In this document: positions 10,580 through 19,446 of the stretch, piece after piece | Layout: each line of letters begins with the position of its first letter | How positions within the stretch are numbered: position 1 is the first letter of the stretch | Assembly: GCA_964617955.1 (NCBI GenBank) | Contig: CAZTXB010000002.1 | Location: 67,457 to 131,456 of the forward strand | DNA length: 64,000 bases | Source: an uncultured Chitinophaga sp. | GTDB lineage: Bacteria > Bacteroidota > Bacteroidia > NS11-12g > UBA9320 | Direction of reading: 5' to 3' | Notes under the pieces: model-generated | The model's database searches: none | What the model was told of the DNA's origin: nothing | Seen by the model: only the letters and a program-made list of their open reading frames with translations | Position numbers and translations under genes: made by a program

Positions 10580-10612
10580 AAAACCCCGGGATATGTTATA
10601 AGCCGGGGTTTT
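10580..10612. terminator. Hairpin terminator (10-bp stem AAAACCCCGG/CCGGGGTTTT)
   Basis: Perfect inverted repeat between two same-strand genes, flanked by A/T runs. Confidence 0.45.
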
Positions 10613-10631
10613 AAAACTTTTTTAACCCCTA

Positions 10632-11111
10632 CTAGTATAAATACCAGTTGTAGTAACTGCTGTATAATTCAAGCTCGTAGGTTTGATTGCTGCAGTATTT
10701 TGAAAGCGGGCCCCAAGTGGTTTTGCTTCCATCACTAAATTCAGCTACAGCATACAAAGAGGTTGTGCCATTGGCAACACTTACCGATCCATAACCCCAA
10801 GGGGCTACATAACCTTCAAGATTTCCATCGATGTAACAGTAAACATAGTAACTGGTATGGTTATCGAAATAAGCGAGACAGCCACCGTTTCCTCTGGCTC
10901 CTTTTTCGCCGGGTTGAACGGCCTTAGAGGTTTGTCCGTCGTCATTTTTTCGGTTTCCTACCTTAATGTTTGGATCCGCGCCGCGGGAGCCCTTTTCTAC
11001 TTTGGTTACGTCTCCATTTCCTCCATCTTTTCCTGTGTTTTGCGCAGATGCAGCAAAGCTAAGCCCGCAGATGAGTAGGGTTGTTGCTAAGATTTGATTT
11101 AATTTTTTCAT
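10632..11111 (-). CDS. Small secreted hypothetical protein with a Gly-rich N-terminus and a Tyr/Trp-rich C-terminus containing three Cys
   Basis: 159 aa with a signal peptide (MKKLNQILATTLLICGLSFAASAQ). No recognisable family. Confidence 0.45.
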   Translation of the reverse strand: MKKLNQILATTLLICGLSFAASAQNTGKDGGNGDVTKVEKGSRGADPNIKVGNRKNDDGQTSKAVQPGEKGARGNGGCLAYFDNHTSYYVYCYIDGNLEGYVAPWGYGSVSVANGTTSLYAVAEFSDGSKTTWGPLSKYCSNQTYELELYSSYYNWYLY

Positions 11112-11293
11112 GATTGTTTTGATGTTTAATAACAGCAGTATATATCTTTCAAAATTATAAGGTAAATCTGAAAATTCTAATAATTTGTCATTTTATTGTT
11201 TCTATTTACTCAATTGCCTGAATATCAAAATAAAAAAAACCATATTGCTGTCAAACACTATGGTCTTTTTTAAAGAATGGTGCGTGTAAGCGC

Positions 11294-12295
11294 TTAAAAT
11301 CCGCCGAAAGCAAGTCCTAATGAAACGGTGTTTACATCAGGCCCCTGCTCACTTTTAAAAGCTGAATTGGGGTAATATCTGGCATATAAGTTCACATTGT
11401 CATAGCCAATATACAAACCATAACCCATTCTAAATTCCTCTAAATTAAAATCACCTCGTGTTTTTTGCTTATGGTCTCCATCTTTCTCCCATTTTTGTTT
11501 GGTATGGCTGTTTATCAAATAGCCGAATTGTGGACCAAAAGCCATGCTAAAAGCATTTCCTTTTTTGTCCTCATTAAATTTAATTTTTAAGAGTACAGGA
11601 ATGGTGACATAGGTTGAAACCAATTTATTTTTCTTATAGTCTATATTCGGATTAATTACATAAGTGAGGGCCGATGAATCTTTAAAAAGGTCCACGCTGT
11701 TTCTAAACCTGTAATTGTTCCAATCGAGTCCTACTCCGTACATGAGATAGAGATGGTTGGGAACCAAGCCTATCGATTGTTCATAAATTCTCAAATTGAA
11801 ATTACAGCCTTTCCCATTTTCCAGTTCCAGGTCCTTGTATTTTTCAGGCATGTCGAGAGATCCATTGTTTGCGAGGAAATTAAATCCAAGATCGAAATTA
11901 AACCACTCCGCAGGGTTCCTATCGTTTTTTTTATCATCGCAATCATCGATGCGCACAACCTTGGTATGTTTTTTAATAACTTTTTTACGCCCATCTTCAT
12001 CCTCTATAATTTTCTCCTCTTCTACAATCATGTCTTCTTTTTCCATGGCATCTTGATCCGCTTCGTCGATGTGATCGATTCTTTCCTCGGCATCGATAAT
12101 AATGGTATCATCGCCCTCAATAATCTTGGTTTCTTTGGTTTGATTGTCTTTGGTTTTAGTGTCGATGGTGATTCTAATCTTTTTGCCATCAATCACCAGC
12201 GGTTTTTTTGCTTCGCTGCTGTCGGTGTTTTGGGCTTTTACCCCTTGGGCCAATAATAGCATGGCCGCAGTCATGTAGATAATAATAGTTTTCAT
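11294..12295 (-). CDS. Outer-membrane beta-barrel protein with an acidic low-complexity insert
   Basis: Signal peptide, alternating amphipathic strands, and a C-terminus GLAFGGF ending in Phe. An Asp/Glu-rich stretch produces spurious plus-strand ORFs. Confidence 0.55.
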   Translation of the reverse strand: MKTIIIYMTAAMLLLAQGVKAQNTDSSEAKKPLVIDGKKIRITIDTKTKDNQTKETKIIEGDDTIIIDAEERIDHIDEADQDAMEKEDMIVEEEKIIEDEDGRKKVIKKHTKVVRIDDCDDKKNDRNPAEWFNFDLGFNFLANNGSLDMPEKYKDLELENGKGCNFNLRIYEQSIGLVPNHLYLMYGVGLDWNNYRFRNSVDLFKDSSALTYVINPNIDYKKNKLVSTYVTIPVLLKIKFNEDKKGNAFSMAFGPQFGYLINSHTKQKWEKDGDHKQKTRGDFNLEEFRMGYGLYIGYDNVNLYARYYPNSAFKSEQGPDVNTVSLGLAFGGF

Positions 12296-12301
12296 TTTTT
12301 T

Positions 12302-13111
12302 TTATTTTTTTAATTCAAGTAATGCGTTCGCGTAAATAAGGTCACCTTTGAGTTCGAAATCGATATTTCGGTCTTTTAATTTTGGGGTAACTTTCAATTG
12401 GAGGTTAGGGATATCCCTTAAAATTCCCATCACATTGGATCTGTATTGTAAGGCCTTTTCGAGGTACCTGTTGCTGTAAAGAGCAGGTTGGCACACGAGA
12501 GGATTCAATTCGGGCTGCAAAGCGTAACTCACTTCAGGCGCAGTCATTTTTAATGGCATGGCATCTGGATGGGCATACTCCATTTCTACTGGCAGGTAGT
12601 TAAACACAGCAGGAGTATCTATTTTAGCCTGAGGAATTATCATTGTAAGCGGTGGATTCAATGTGTTTTTACTAGCGTTCACAAAGGTGCTACGGGTGAC
12701 CCTATCGGAAAGTTTCAAATTACTTTCCATGTGTTCGGGTTGCACCGGATTGGCAGGATTTGAAATGAGATCAGAAGATTGCGTTAAGGCCAATTCACCG
12801 ACCGTATTTTTGAGGGTGAGGTAATACCAAGTTGGTAAACCAATCAACAAGAGCGAAGCGGCTACTTTAAGCAAGGTGTTGAATTGGGTAAATGCATACA
12901 GTTTAGCTGCGGGTTTTAACAAGCTCGATTTTTGGGGAAAAACTACAGCTGTATCGGCAGACAGCAGGGTGTTTTGCATTAAATCCCACTCTTTTTTATA
13001 GAAGGCATTGGCCTCGATTTCCGCCAAGACTTCCTGTTTTTCCTCTTCATTCAAATTGTTTTCCAACAATTCGAACAGGATAAATTCATAATTTTCTGCT
13101 GTCAATTTCAT
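12302..13111 (-). CDS. Putative anti-sigma factor (single TM)
   Basis: Sits immediately downstream of the ECF sigma gene. One TM helix (LLLIGLPTWYYL) and no other domain. Confidence 0.45.
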   Translation of the reverse strand: MKLTAENYEFILFELLENNLNEEEKQEVLAEIEANAFYKKEWDLMQNTLLSADTAVVFPQKSSLLKPAAKLYAFTQFNTLLKVAASLLLIGLPTWYYLTLKNTVGELALTQSSDLISNPANPVQPEHMESNLKLSDRVTRSTFVNASKNTLNPPLTMIIPQAKIDTPAVFNYLPVEMEYAHPDAMPLKMTAPEVSYALQPELNPLVCQPALYSNRYLEKALQYRSNVMGILRDIPNLQLKVTPKLKDRNIDFELKGDLIYANALLELKK

Positions 13112-13124
13112 TTTATCTCATCTA

Positions 13125-13613
13125 TTATATCAGAACTTCCATTTTTCCTATACACTCTTTTAAATATTGCCGGGCCCTGAAAATATTGATTTTAACTTGG
13201 GCCTCGGTCATACCCGTTATTTCACCAATGGCACGGTAGTCATACCCCTCATAATCTCGAAGGGTTATGGCCACCCTTTGGTTTTCAGGAAGCTTGTTTA
13301 GCAGGTTATTGAGCAAGGCTTTGATACCGGTGTAGGTTTCGGACTTGGTTGTTAATTGTTCCTGGTTCACTTCTTCCATATTGGTAAATCTTTTTCGGGC
13401 TCTGATGCCATCTATCATTTCGCGGTAGGCGATGGTGAAGATGTAACTCTTAGCTTTTTCATAGATCACGTCTTCGCACCGCACCCAAACCTTTTCAAAT
13501 GTATTTTGTACAATATTCTGCGCCTCATCCCTGTCTCTGATGTTTTTCAGAATAAATCTGAAAACGCCATCGGCATAATCTTTTACACATTGGTTATATT
13601 GTGCTGGGCTCAT
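13125..13613 (-). CDS. ECF-type RNA polymerase sigma-70 factor
   Basis: 162 aa. Region 2 (IVQNTFEKVW) and region 4 (ITLRDYEGYDYRAIGEITGMTEAQVKINIFRARQ) are present. Confidence 0.8.
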   Translation of the reverse strand: MSPAQYNQCVKDYADGVFRFILKNIRDRDEAQNIVQNTFEKVWVRCEDVIYEKAKSYIFTIAYREMIDGIRARKRFTNMEEVNQEQLTTKSETYTGIKALLNNLLNKLPENQRVAITLRDYEGYDYRAIGEITGMTEAQVKINIFRARQYLKECIGKMEVLI

Positions 13614-13769
13614 CGGGCTTTTCTAGTACTGTTCTACAGCAAATTTGTTACAATTATTTTAACGATTTCAGCCCATCGTGTCTTATGTGGCTTAAAAACA
13701 ATGATTTAGGGATAAATAATTTTCTCGCCATTACGTAAAATTAGGTCAAATATATTTTTTAAAACTTCA

Positions 13770-13800
13770 TTGACAATCGCAGAATAAAATATTATTTTTG
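13770..13800 (+). promoter_or_regulatory. Candidate Bacteroidota sigma-A promoter for tRNA-Lys (-33 TTG, -7 TAttTTTG)
   Basis: TTG at 13770-13772 and TATTTTTG at 13793-13800, about 12 nt upstream of the tRNA. Confidence 0.3.
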
Positions 13801-13812
13801 CCCCACTTTTAA

Positions 13813-13885
13813 GATTCCGTAGCTCAGCTGGTAGAGCATTACACTTTTAATGTAGTGGTCCTGGGTTCGAATCCCAGCGGGATCA
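13813..13885 (+). tRNA. tRNA-Lys (anticodon TTT)
   Basis: Cloverleaf read by eye. Acceptor GATTCCG/CGGGATC, D-arm TAGCTCAGCTGGTAGAGCA, anticodon loop CTTTTAA, T-arm GGTTCGAATCC. Confidence 0.9.
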
Positions 13886-13899
13886 CCTCTTTTAAACTT

Positions 13900-13936
13900 A
13901 AACCCTTGTATATCAAATACAAGGGTTTTTTATTTT
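13900..13936 (+). terminator. Rho-independent terminator after tRNA-Lys
   Basis: 11-bp stem AACCCTTGTAT/ATACAAGGGTT followed by a T-run. Confidence 0.7.
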
Positions 13937-14128
13937 ATGTCCGCGAAGAATTTAGCTTTCATCGTTTTTTTTTAAAAAAATACAGAGTTGCACAAAGCGT
14001 AGGCACTGAGGTAAAGAGAGTTTTTGCAAGCTTTAAATTGCAGGATTCGATCAGGTCTGTGGCTTTATGCGTTTACTCATTTTATAGAGCCAAGGAAGGT
14101 GGGTCTGCAATAACTTTTTGTAAAACCC

Positions 14129-15304
14129 TTACTTGAACGGAGAACTAAATTTTTGATCTTTAATAATTTCCGTATCGCTTAAGGTTGCTAAAAAAGCGAG
14201 CAAGGCTTTTATTTCAGATGCACTCAAATTCATTCGGGCAGGGTTCCCGTTTAAGTCTTTAAGATGGTTGTCTAAATTAGGGTTAGGCTGAATACTTAAA
14301 TTGTAGTGGTTCACGACCTCCTCCAAACTTGTAAGACTTCCATCGTGCATAAAGCGTTTTCGCATGGCCACATTTTTGAGTGTAGGCGCTTTCATTTTTC
14401 CAAGATCTGATTGGTTTTGGGTGTGGGTGTAAATTCCGGGATCACCATTGGACAATTTCAAGCCATTGTTTCGGGGATTGTCCATGATAAACACATCGGT
14501 ATTGTGGCAGCCAAAGCAGTTGACGCTGAGATTATTCATAAAAATATTTTTTCCTGCATTCTCTTCAGCGGTAAAGTTTAAAAAATCCTTATTTCTGTTA
14601 CCCGTTATTTTCAAACCCAGGTCATAGGGGGCCTGGTAGGAAACCATAGACCTCACAAATTGGGCAAGTGCCTTGGAAATCCTTGCAGGGTTGATTTCAG
14701 CATTTCCAAACGCATTTTTAAACAATATGGGATAAAACCCGGTTTTTTGAAGTCTGAGTAACAGTGAGTCGAGCGGCATACCCATTTCCACTTCATCTTG
14801 TATGGGTTGCAGAACCTGTTCTTCAAGCGAAGCAGCCCTTTCATCCCAAAAAAACCTTCCGTTCAAGTAGTAGGTCGCATTGATAAGCGACATAGAATGC
14901 CTTTTGGTTTTGCCGCCCAAAAAACCAAGGCTGAATTGTGCGGTATCGGTAAATCCAAATTGTTGTTGATGACATGAACTGCAGGAAATGCCCCTGTTTT
15001 TAGATAATCGGGTGTCATAAAACAATACCCGGCCCAAAGTGGCGCCCCAGTCGGTGGGCGTATTGTTCGCCGGGGTATTGTTTTGCAAGCTTATGAACGA
15101 ACTGTTAAAAAAGTCGGGCAAAGCGGGGGAAATATAATTATAAGGCTTGGGGGGGAGGTTTAAATATTTGGCTAAAATCTCTGATTCTGATGTGTTTAAT
15201 ACCTTTTCTTTTTTGCAGGATGAATACATCAACCCAATAGCGAAAACACTGGTTAACATAAGACCAAGGCTTACATTGCGAAACTTTATAATTCCGTTAA
15301 ACAT
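14129..15304 (-). CDS. Di-haem cytochrome c peroxidase
   Basis: Two CXXCH haem motifs (CSSCH, CFGCH). Length and signal peptide fit the CCP/MauG family. Confidence 0.85.
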   Translation of the reverse strand: MFNGIIKFRNVSLGLMLTSVFAIGLMYSSCKKEKVLNTSESEILAKYLNLPPKPYNYISPALPDFFNSSFISLQNNTPANNTPTDWGATLGRVLFYDTRLSKNRGISCSSCHQQQFGFTDTAQFSLGFLGGKTKRHSMSLINATYYLNGRFFWDERAASLEEQVLQPIQDEVEMGMPLDSLLLRLQKTGFYPILFKNAFGNAEINPARISKALAQFVRSMVSYQAPYDLGLKITGNRNKDFLNFTAEENAGKNIFMNNLSVNCFGCHNTDVFIMDNPRNNGLKLSNGDPGIYTHTQNQSDLGKMKAPTLKNVAMRKRFMHDGSLTSLEEVVNHYNLSIQPNPNLDNHLKDLNGNPARMNLSASEIKALLAFLATLSDTEIIKDQKFSSPFK

Positions 15305-15526
15305 TTTTGTCGTTCTTAACCAAAAAGAGAAAGCAAATATGGGTGATTTTGGTTGAAAAAAGTGTGGGGAGAAATGGAACCTAATAATAAGAAGGAGTCG
15401 ATTTCTTATTTAGAAACTGAACTATTCCTTGATATGGTGCTATTTGACATCAAGTATAGTTAAGATTATAGAATACTTAGATTAATTCTGCGTAATACTC
15501 ATGAAGGGTGGTTTTTAGATTTAAAT

Positions 15527-16711
15527 TTGCCGGTCTTTAAATCGATGTCAAAACTAAAGGTTGCTATTATACTCATCTCTCCGGGAAAGGCTGGTGTGGA
15601 AAGTGTTGTTCGCAATATTTTGAGGTACATGGATAAGGATAAAATAGAGTTTTTTTTGATCAACAATTCTGAAATTGCCTCATATTACAACGATTTAATT
15701 CCAGTAGAACGGCGTTTGGTTTTAGGGAGATACTTTGGCAATATTAAGAATGGATATTTAAGTTTATTCGTTTCTGTTTTAAAACGAAAGTTAAAGTGGA
15801 ATGAGAGAAAATTGAGCAAATGGTCCAAAAAAGTTACTAAGTTTTTAGACAAACATTCAATCAAATTATTACATGCCCATTTGGTATGGGATTATTGGAT
15901 TGCGAGTAAAATCAAGGAGAACATGCCGGAGATAGTATATATAAATACTATGCATGGAACCTTATCCTTAGATCCGGCAGATAATTATTTTCCCTACTTT
16001 AAGCGAAAAACGGTTTTGAAATTTTTGTCAAATGCGGATGCCTTTACATCGGCATGCCATTATTTTATTCGATTGTTGGAATTGTGGAAGGTACCTGTCA
16101 ATAGGTTTTCGATTATCAGCAATGGCATTGACAGATCCCTTTCAAATACCTCGATGCAAAGGCAAGGAAATGAATTAATTACAATTTGCTTTATGGGTGG
16201 GGGAAGGCCGGATCAAAAAGGCGGGGATATATTATTATACGCTTTGTATATTCTGGTTAACGATCTTAAAATTACCAACTTTAGATTATTGATCTATGGA
16301 GAAGCTCACCTTAAAGAGAAGGAATTGGCCGAAATTTTTGAACTCAATAATTTTATTGAATGGAGAGGTTTTGTTGAGCCTCCGTACCATTTAAAAGGAA
16401 TGCAGGAATCCGACATTTTTGTTTTGCCTTCCAGGCATGAAGGAGTAGCAAACACTTTAATGGAAGCTATTGGAATGGAGTTGGCCATTGTGGCGACAAA
16501 AATAGGAGGAACACCTGAGGTGATATTTGACGGAAAAAATGGGATGTTATGTTATCCTGAATCAAACGACCTTGCGGCTAAATTGGCAATGATAATAAGG
16601 GATTCAGGGCTTGCTAATTCTTTTAGAAAAGAAAATAAAATGATTAAAGAACAGTACTATTGGGAAACTATCTGTAATAAATATGCCGACTTTTACTCCC
16701 ACTTGAATTAA
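15527..16711 (+). CDS. Glycosyltransferase family 4 (GT-B)
   Basis: 394 aa. The C-terminal half has the EGVANTLMEAIGMELAIVATKIGGTPEVI... E-X7-E-type motif region. The gene is AT-rich. Confidence 0.65.
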   Translation: MPVFKSMSKLKVAIILISPGKAGVESVVRNILRYMDKDKIEFFLINNSEIASYYNDLIPVERRLVLGRYFGNIKNGYLSLFVSVLKRKLKWNERKLSKWSKKVTKFLDKHSIKLLHAHLVWDYWIASKIKENMPEIVYINTMHGTLSLDPADNYFPYFKRKTVLKFLSNADAFTSACHYFIRLLELWKVPVNRFSIISNGIDRSLSNTSMQRQGNELITICFMGGGRPDQKGGDILLYALYILVNDLKITNFRLLIYGEAHLKEKELAEIFELNNFIEWRGFVEPPYHLKGMQESDIFVLPSRHEGVANTLMEAIGMELAIVATKIGGTPEVIFDGKNGMLCYPESNDLAAKLAMIIRDSGLANSFRKENKMIKEQYYWETICNKYADFYSHLN

Positions 16712-17618
16712 AATAGCTTATAAGCAACTTTGGGACGAGGTTTAAATCAAAATCCAAGGTTTTAAATTGCCAAAGAATGGCTTTAGACAGTGCGTTAATA
16801 TGTATTTCTCCATCCTTCCTAACCATTTCTAATGCAAATATTGCATAAAAGTTTTTTAAAGTTTTTTCGTAATGATTTATAAACTTGCCCTCCTTCAATA
16901 ACTTTTTGTAAAGCTTTTCGAAATTAAGAAATTGTTCTTTTAATGGGATTTTAACAGAATTTCCATCCTCATGTCTTCTCCACACAGACATTGATTTATT
17001 AATGCAAATTACCTTGCCTTGCTCCAGAATCTTTAGTTCCATCAAAATGTCCCAGCAAATTAAGTTTTCATAGTATAAGGAAAAATCAGGCAAAGCTTCC
17101 CGCTTTATGAACCAACTGTTGGTATGGAAAATTCTGCCTTTTAACGTATCACTCAAAGTGAAAATCTTCTTTGGATTTTGTAAAAGATATTTTCTGGTAT
17201 TTGCGTAAACAATTTCTGAGTTATGGGTAACTGCAAGGCAATCAGGGTTATTGAGAATGACATCATATTGAGACTGAAGTTTCAAATTATCTGTCCAAGA
17301 ATCGTCACCTTCTAAAAATGCAAAGAAATTTCCCCTGGCAAATTTCATAGTTTCTATAAGATTGCCGGCCAGCCCAAGATTTTTTTGGCGTGGTAGCAGG
17401 TTTAATAAAAGCGGATGTAATGTGCTATATTTTTCACAAATTAAACGGGTCCCGTCAGTTGAAAGATCATCTCCTATTACTACATCAAATGGAAAATTTG
17501 TTATTTGATTAACAACAGATTCTAAACATTTTTCAATATAGTTTTTATGGTTATAGGTTAATAGTATTACTGTGACTTGTGGCGTCAAACTATTTATAAA
17601 ATTCAAAAGTAATAACAA
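16668..17618 (-). CDS. Glycosyltransferase family 2
   Basis: VTVILLTYNHKNYIEKCLESVVNQ...DVVIGDDLSTDGT (DXD region). Its 3' end overlaps the GT4 gene by 44 nt. Confidence 0.75.
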   Translation of the reverse strand: MLLLLNFINSLTPQVTVILLTYNHKNYIEKCLESVVNQITNFPFDVVIGDDLSTDGTRLICEKYSTLHPLLLNLLPRQKNLGLAGNLIETMKFARGNFFAFLEGDDSWTDNLKLQSQYDVILNNPDCLAVTHNSEIVYANTRKYLLQNPKKIFTLSDTLKGRIFHTNSWFIKREALPDFSLYYENLICWDILMELKILEQGKVICINKSMSVWRRHEDGNSVKIPLKEQFLNFEKLYKKLLKEGKFINHYEKTLKNFYAIFALEMVRKDGEIHINALSKAILWQFKTLDFDLNLVPKLLISYFNSSGSKSRHIYYR

Positions 17619-17652
17619 TATGGACAGATTGCACGATTTTTGAAACTCTGTA

Positions 17653-18564
17653 TTGGAAACAGCGGCAATTCACAAAATCTTATCTATTATTCCCACATAT
17701 AATGGAAAGGGATGTATCTATAAATGTATAGAGTCATTAGTAAAAAGCTCAATTAAGAATAATATACTGATAATTGATAATGCTTCAACTGATAATACAG
17801 TTCAGATCATTAACGAATCATTCAAAGGATTAATTATTAAAGAAAATTCAGAAAACCTTGGGTTCGGAAGAGCAATAAATTTGGGTTTTAAGTATGGTCT
17901 GGAGAGTGGGTATGATTATTTTTTAATCCTAAATCAGGATGGTGAACTAGAATCGGATACCATATTGCAATTGACTAACTTTGCCAAAGGACTTAAACCG
18001 GACGACTGGGGTTTTATTAGTCCATGGAATAAGGATTCTGAAGGAAATACGGAACATTATTTTGAGGATAATTTAAATAAAAGGAGCGGAAGGCATGCAC
18101 AAACAATAATTGGCCACTATAAAGTTATTCCAGTTGATTTTATCAATGCAGCTTGCTGGTTAGTTAATCCTAAAGTTATTGAAAAATTAAAAGGATTTGA
18201 TAAGCGGTTTTTTATGTACGGTGAAGATTTGGATTTTTGTAATCGGGCAAGGTATTTTGGATATAAAATGTACGTACTTCCTGAAATTGTATGTTTTCAT
18301 CATAAATTAAAAGGTGATTATGATGATAAAAATAAAAAATTAGAAGTAAGCTTAGGTGCTTTTATGGCCTTTTTTTTAAATCCAAACGAACGAGTCTTCT
18401 CAAAGATAGAAAAGTATTGCAGATTACATATTTCTTATGTTAAATTAATATTAACAGGACGTTTTATAGAAGGAATTGGACTTATCTTCGGAGTTAATAA
18501 AATTATTTTGAAGCTCATTTTTTATAATGGGGAAATAGATAATTTTGATAAAAGGGAAATCTGA
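17653..18564 (+). CDS. Glycosyltransferase family 2
   Basis: LSIIPTYNGKGCI...IIDNASTDNT GT-A signature. Confidence 0.75.
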   Translation: METAAIHKILSIIPTYNGKGCIYKCIESLVKSSIKNNILIIDNASTDNTVQIINESFKGLIIKENSENLGFGRAINLGFKYGLESGYDYFLILNQDGELESDTILQLTNFAKGLKPDDWGFISPWNKDSEGNTEHYFEDNLNKRSGRHAQTIIGHYKVIPVDFINAACWLVNPKVIEKLKGFDKRFFMYGEDLDFCNRARYFGYKMYVLPEIVCFHHKLKGDYDDKNKKLEVSLGAFMAFFLNPNERVFSKIEKYCRLHISYVKLILTGRFIEGIGLIFGVNKIILKLIFYNGEIDNFDKREI

Positions 18565-18645
18565 TCAAATAAGAATTTATTTTACGCTTAAGTTGAATCA
18601 AAAGACCGGAAGGTTGAATTTGCAATCTTAAGTTCTAGCTGCAAA

Positions 18646-19446
18646 ATGAAATTGATAAGAAAAACAAGGAATTACATAGGTAATAAATTAGGAATAGGTC
18701 CCTTAATTGCTAACAATCGAAATTCATTAATTGTTAAAACAATTTATGGCTGGATAAAATTGTTTCTTAAACATTATAATAACGCGAATTATAATTTAAA
18801 GAGCAATGGAGAAGAATTTGTGATTAAGTCAATGCCGCAGAATTCGGACGCTGTGTTTTTCGATGTTGGATTTAATAAAGGAGAATGGACCAAAGCTGTA
18901 CTTCATAATTACCCTGACGCGCGAATTTTTGGCTTTGAGCCTCAAAAAGATTTAATTCATAGAGTTAAAGAAGATTTTAATAAATATGAGAATGTAAAAC
19001 TTTATGATTTTGGTCTTGCGGAGGCGACCAAAAAGCAAGAAATTTACATTTATGAGGATCACGATTTTCTTTCTGGAATTTATAATCATCCTCATGAGAT
19101 TTCTGTTTCAAAAAATGAGGCTTCTTTTCGTAAAGGTTCTGAGTGCTTTTTAGAACTTGGTTTGGAGAAAATTGATTTTTTAAAAATTGACGTAGAGGGG
19201 GCAGAGTTTTTAGTGCTTAAGGGTTTTGATGATATTTTAAGACTCGGGAAGATTTCGATTATTCAGTTTGAGTATGGCAAGGGAAGTATCAATTCCAGGT
19301 TTCTGTTAAAGGACTACTATGAATATTTGGAACCAATGGGATACAAATTGGGAAAAATCTTCCCAAATTATGTGGATTTTAAGCCTTACAACTGGGATGA
19401 CGAAAATTTTATTGGACCTAATTATTTGGCAGTTTTAGAAATATGA
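18646..19446 (+). CDS. FkbM family methyltransferase
   Basis: 266 aa. The FFDVGFNKGEWT SAM-binding motif and overall layout match the FkbM domain. Confidence 0.65.
   Translation: MKLIRKTRNYIGNKLGIGPLIANNRNSLIVKTIYGWIKLFLKHYNNANYNLKSNGEEFVIKSMPQNSDAVFFDVGFNKGEWTKAVLHNYPDARIFGFEPQKDLIHRVKEDFNKYENVKLYDFGLAEATKKQEIYIYEDHDFLSGIYNHPHEISVSKNEASFRKGSECFLELGLEKIDFLKIDVEGAEFLVLKGFDDILRLGKISIIQFEYGKGSINSRFLLKDYYEYLEPMGYKLGKIFPNYVDFKPYNWDDENFIGPNYLAVLEI

Noticed and set aside
11753-12256. Plus-strand 167-aa, 86-aa and 69-aa ORFs inside the OMP gene
   Set aside because: These are low-complexity shadow ORFs produced by the Asp/Glu-rich repeat of the minus-strand OMP.
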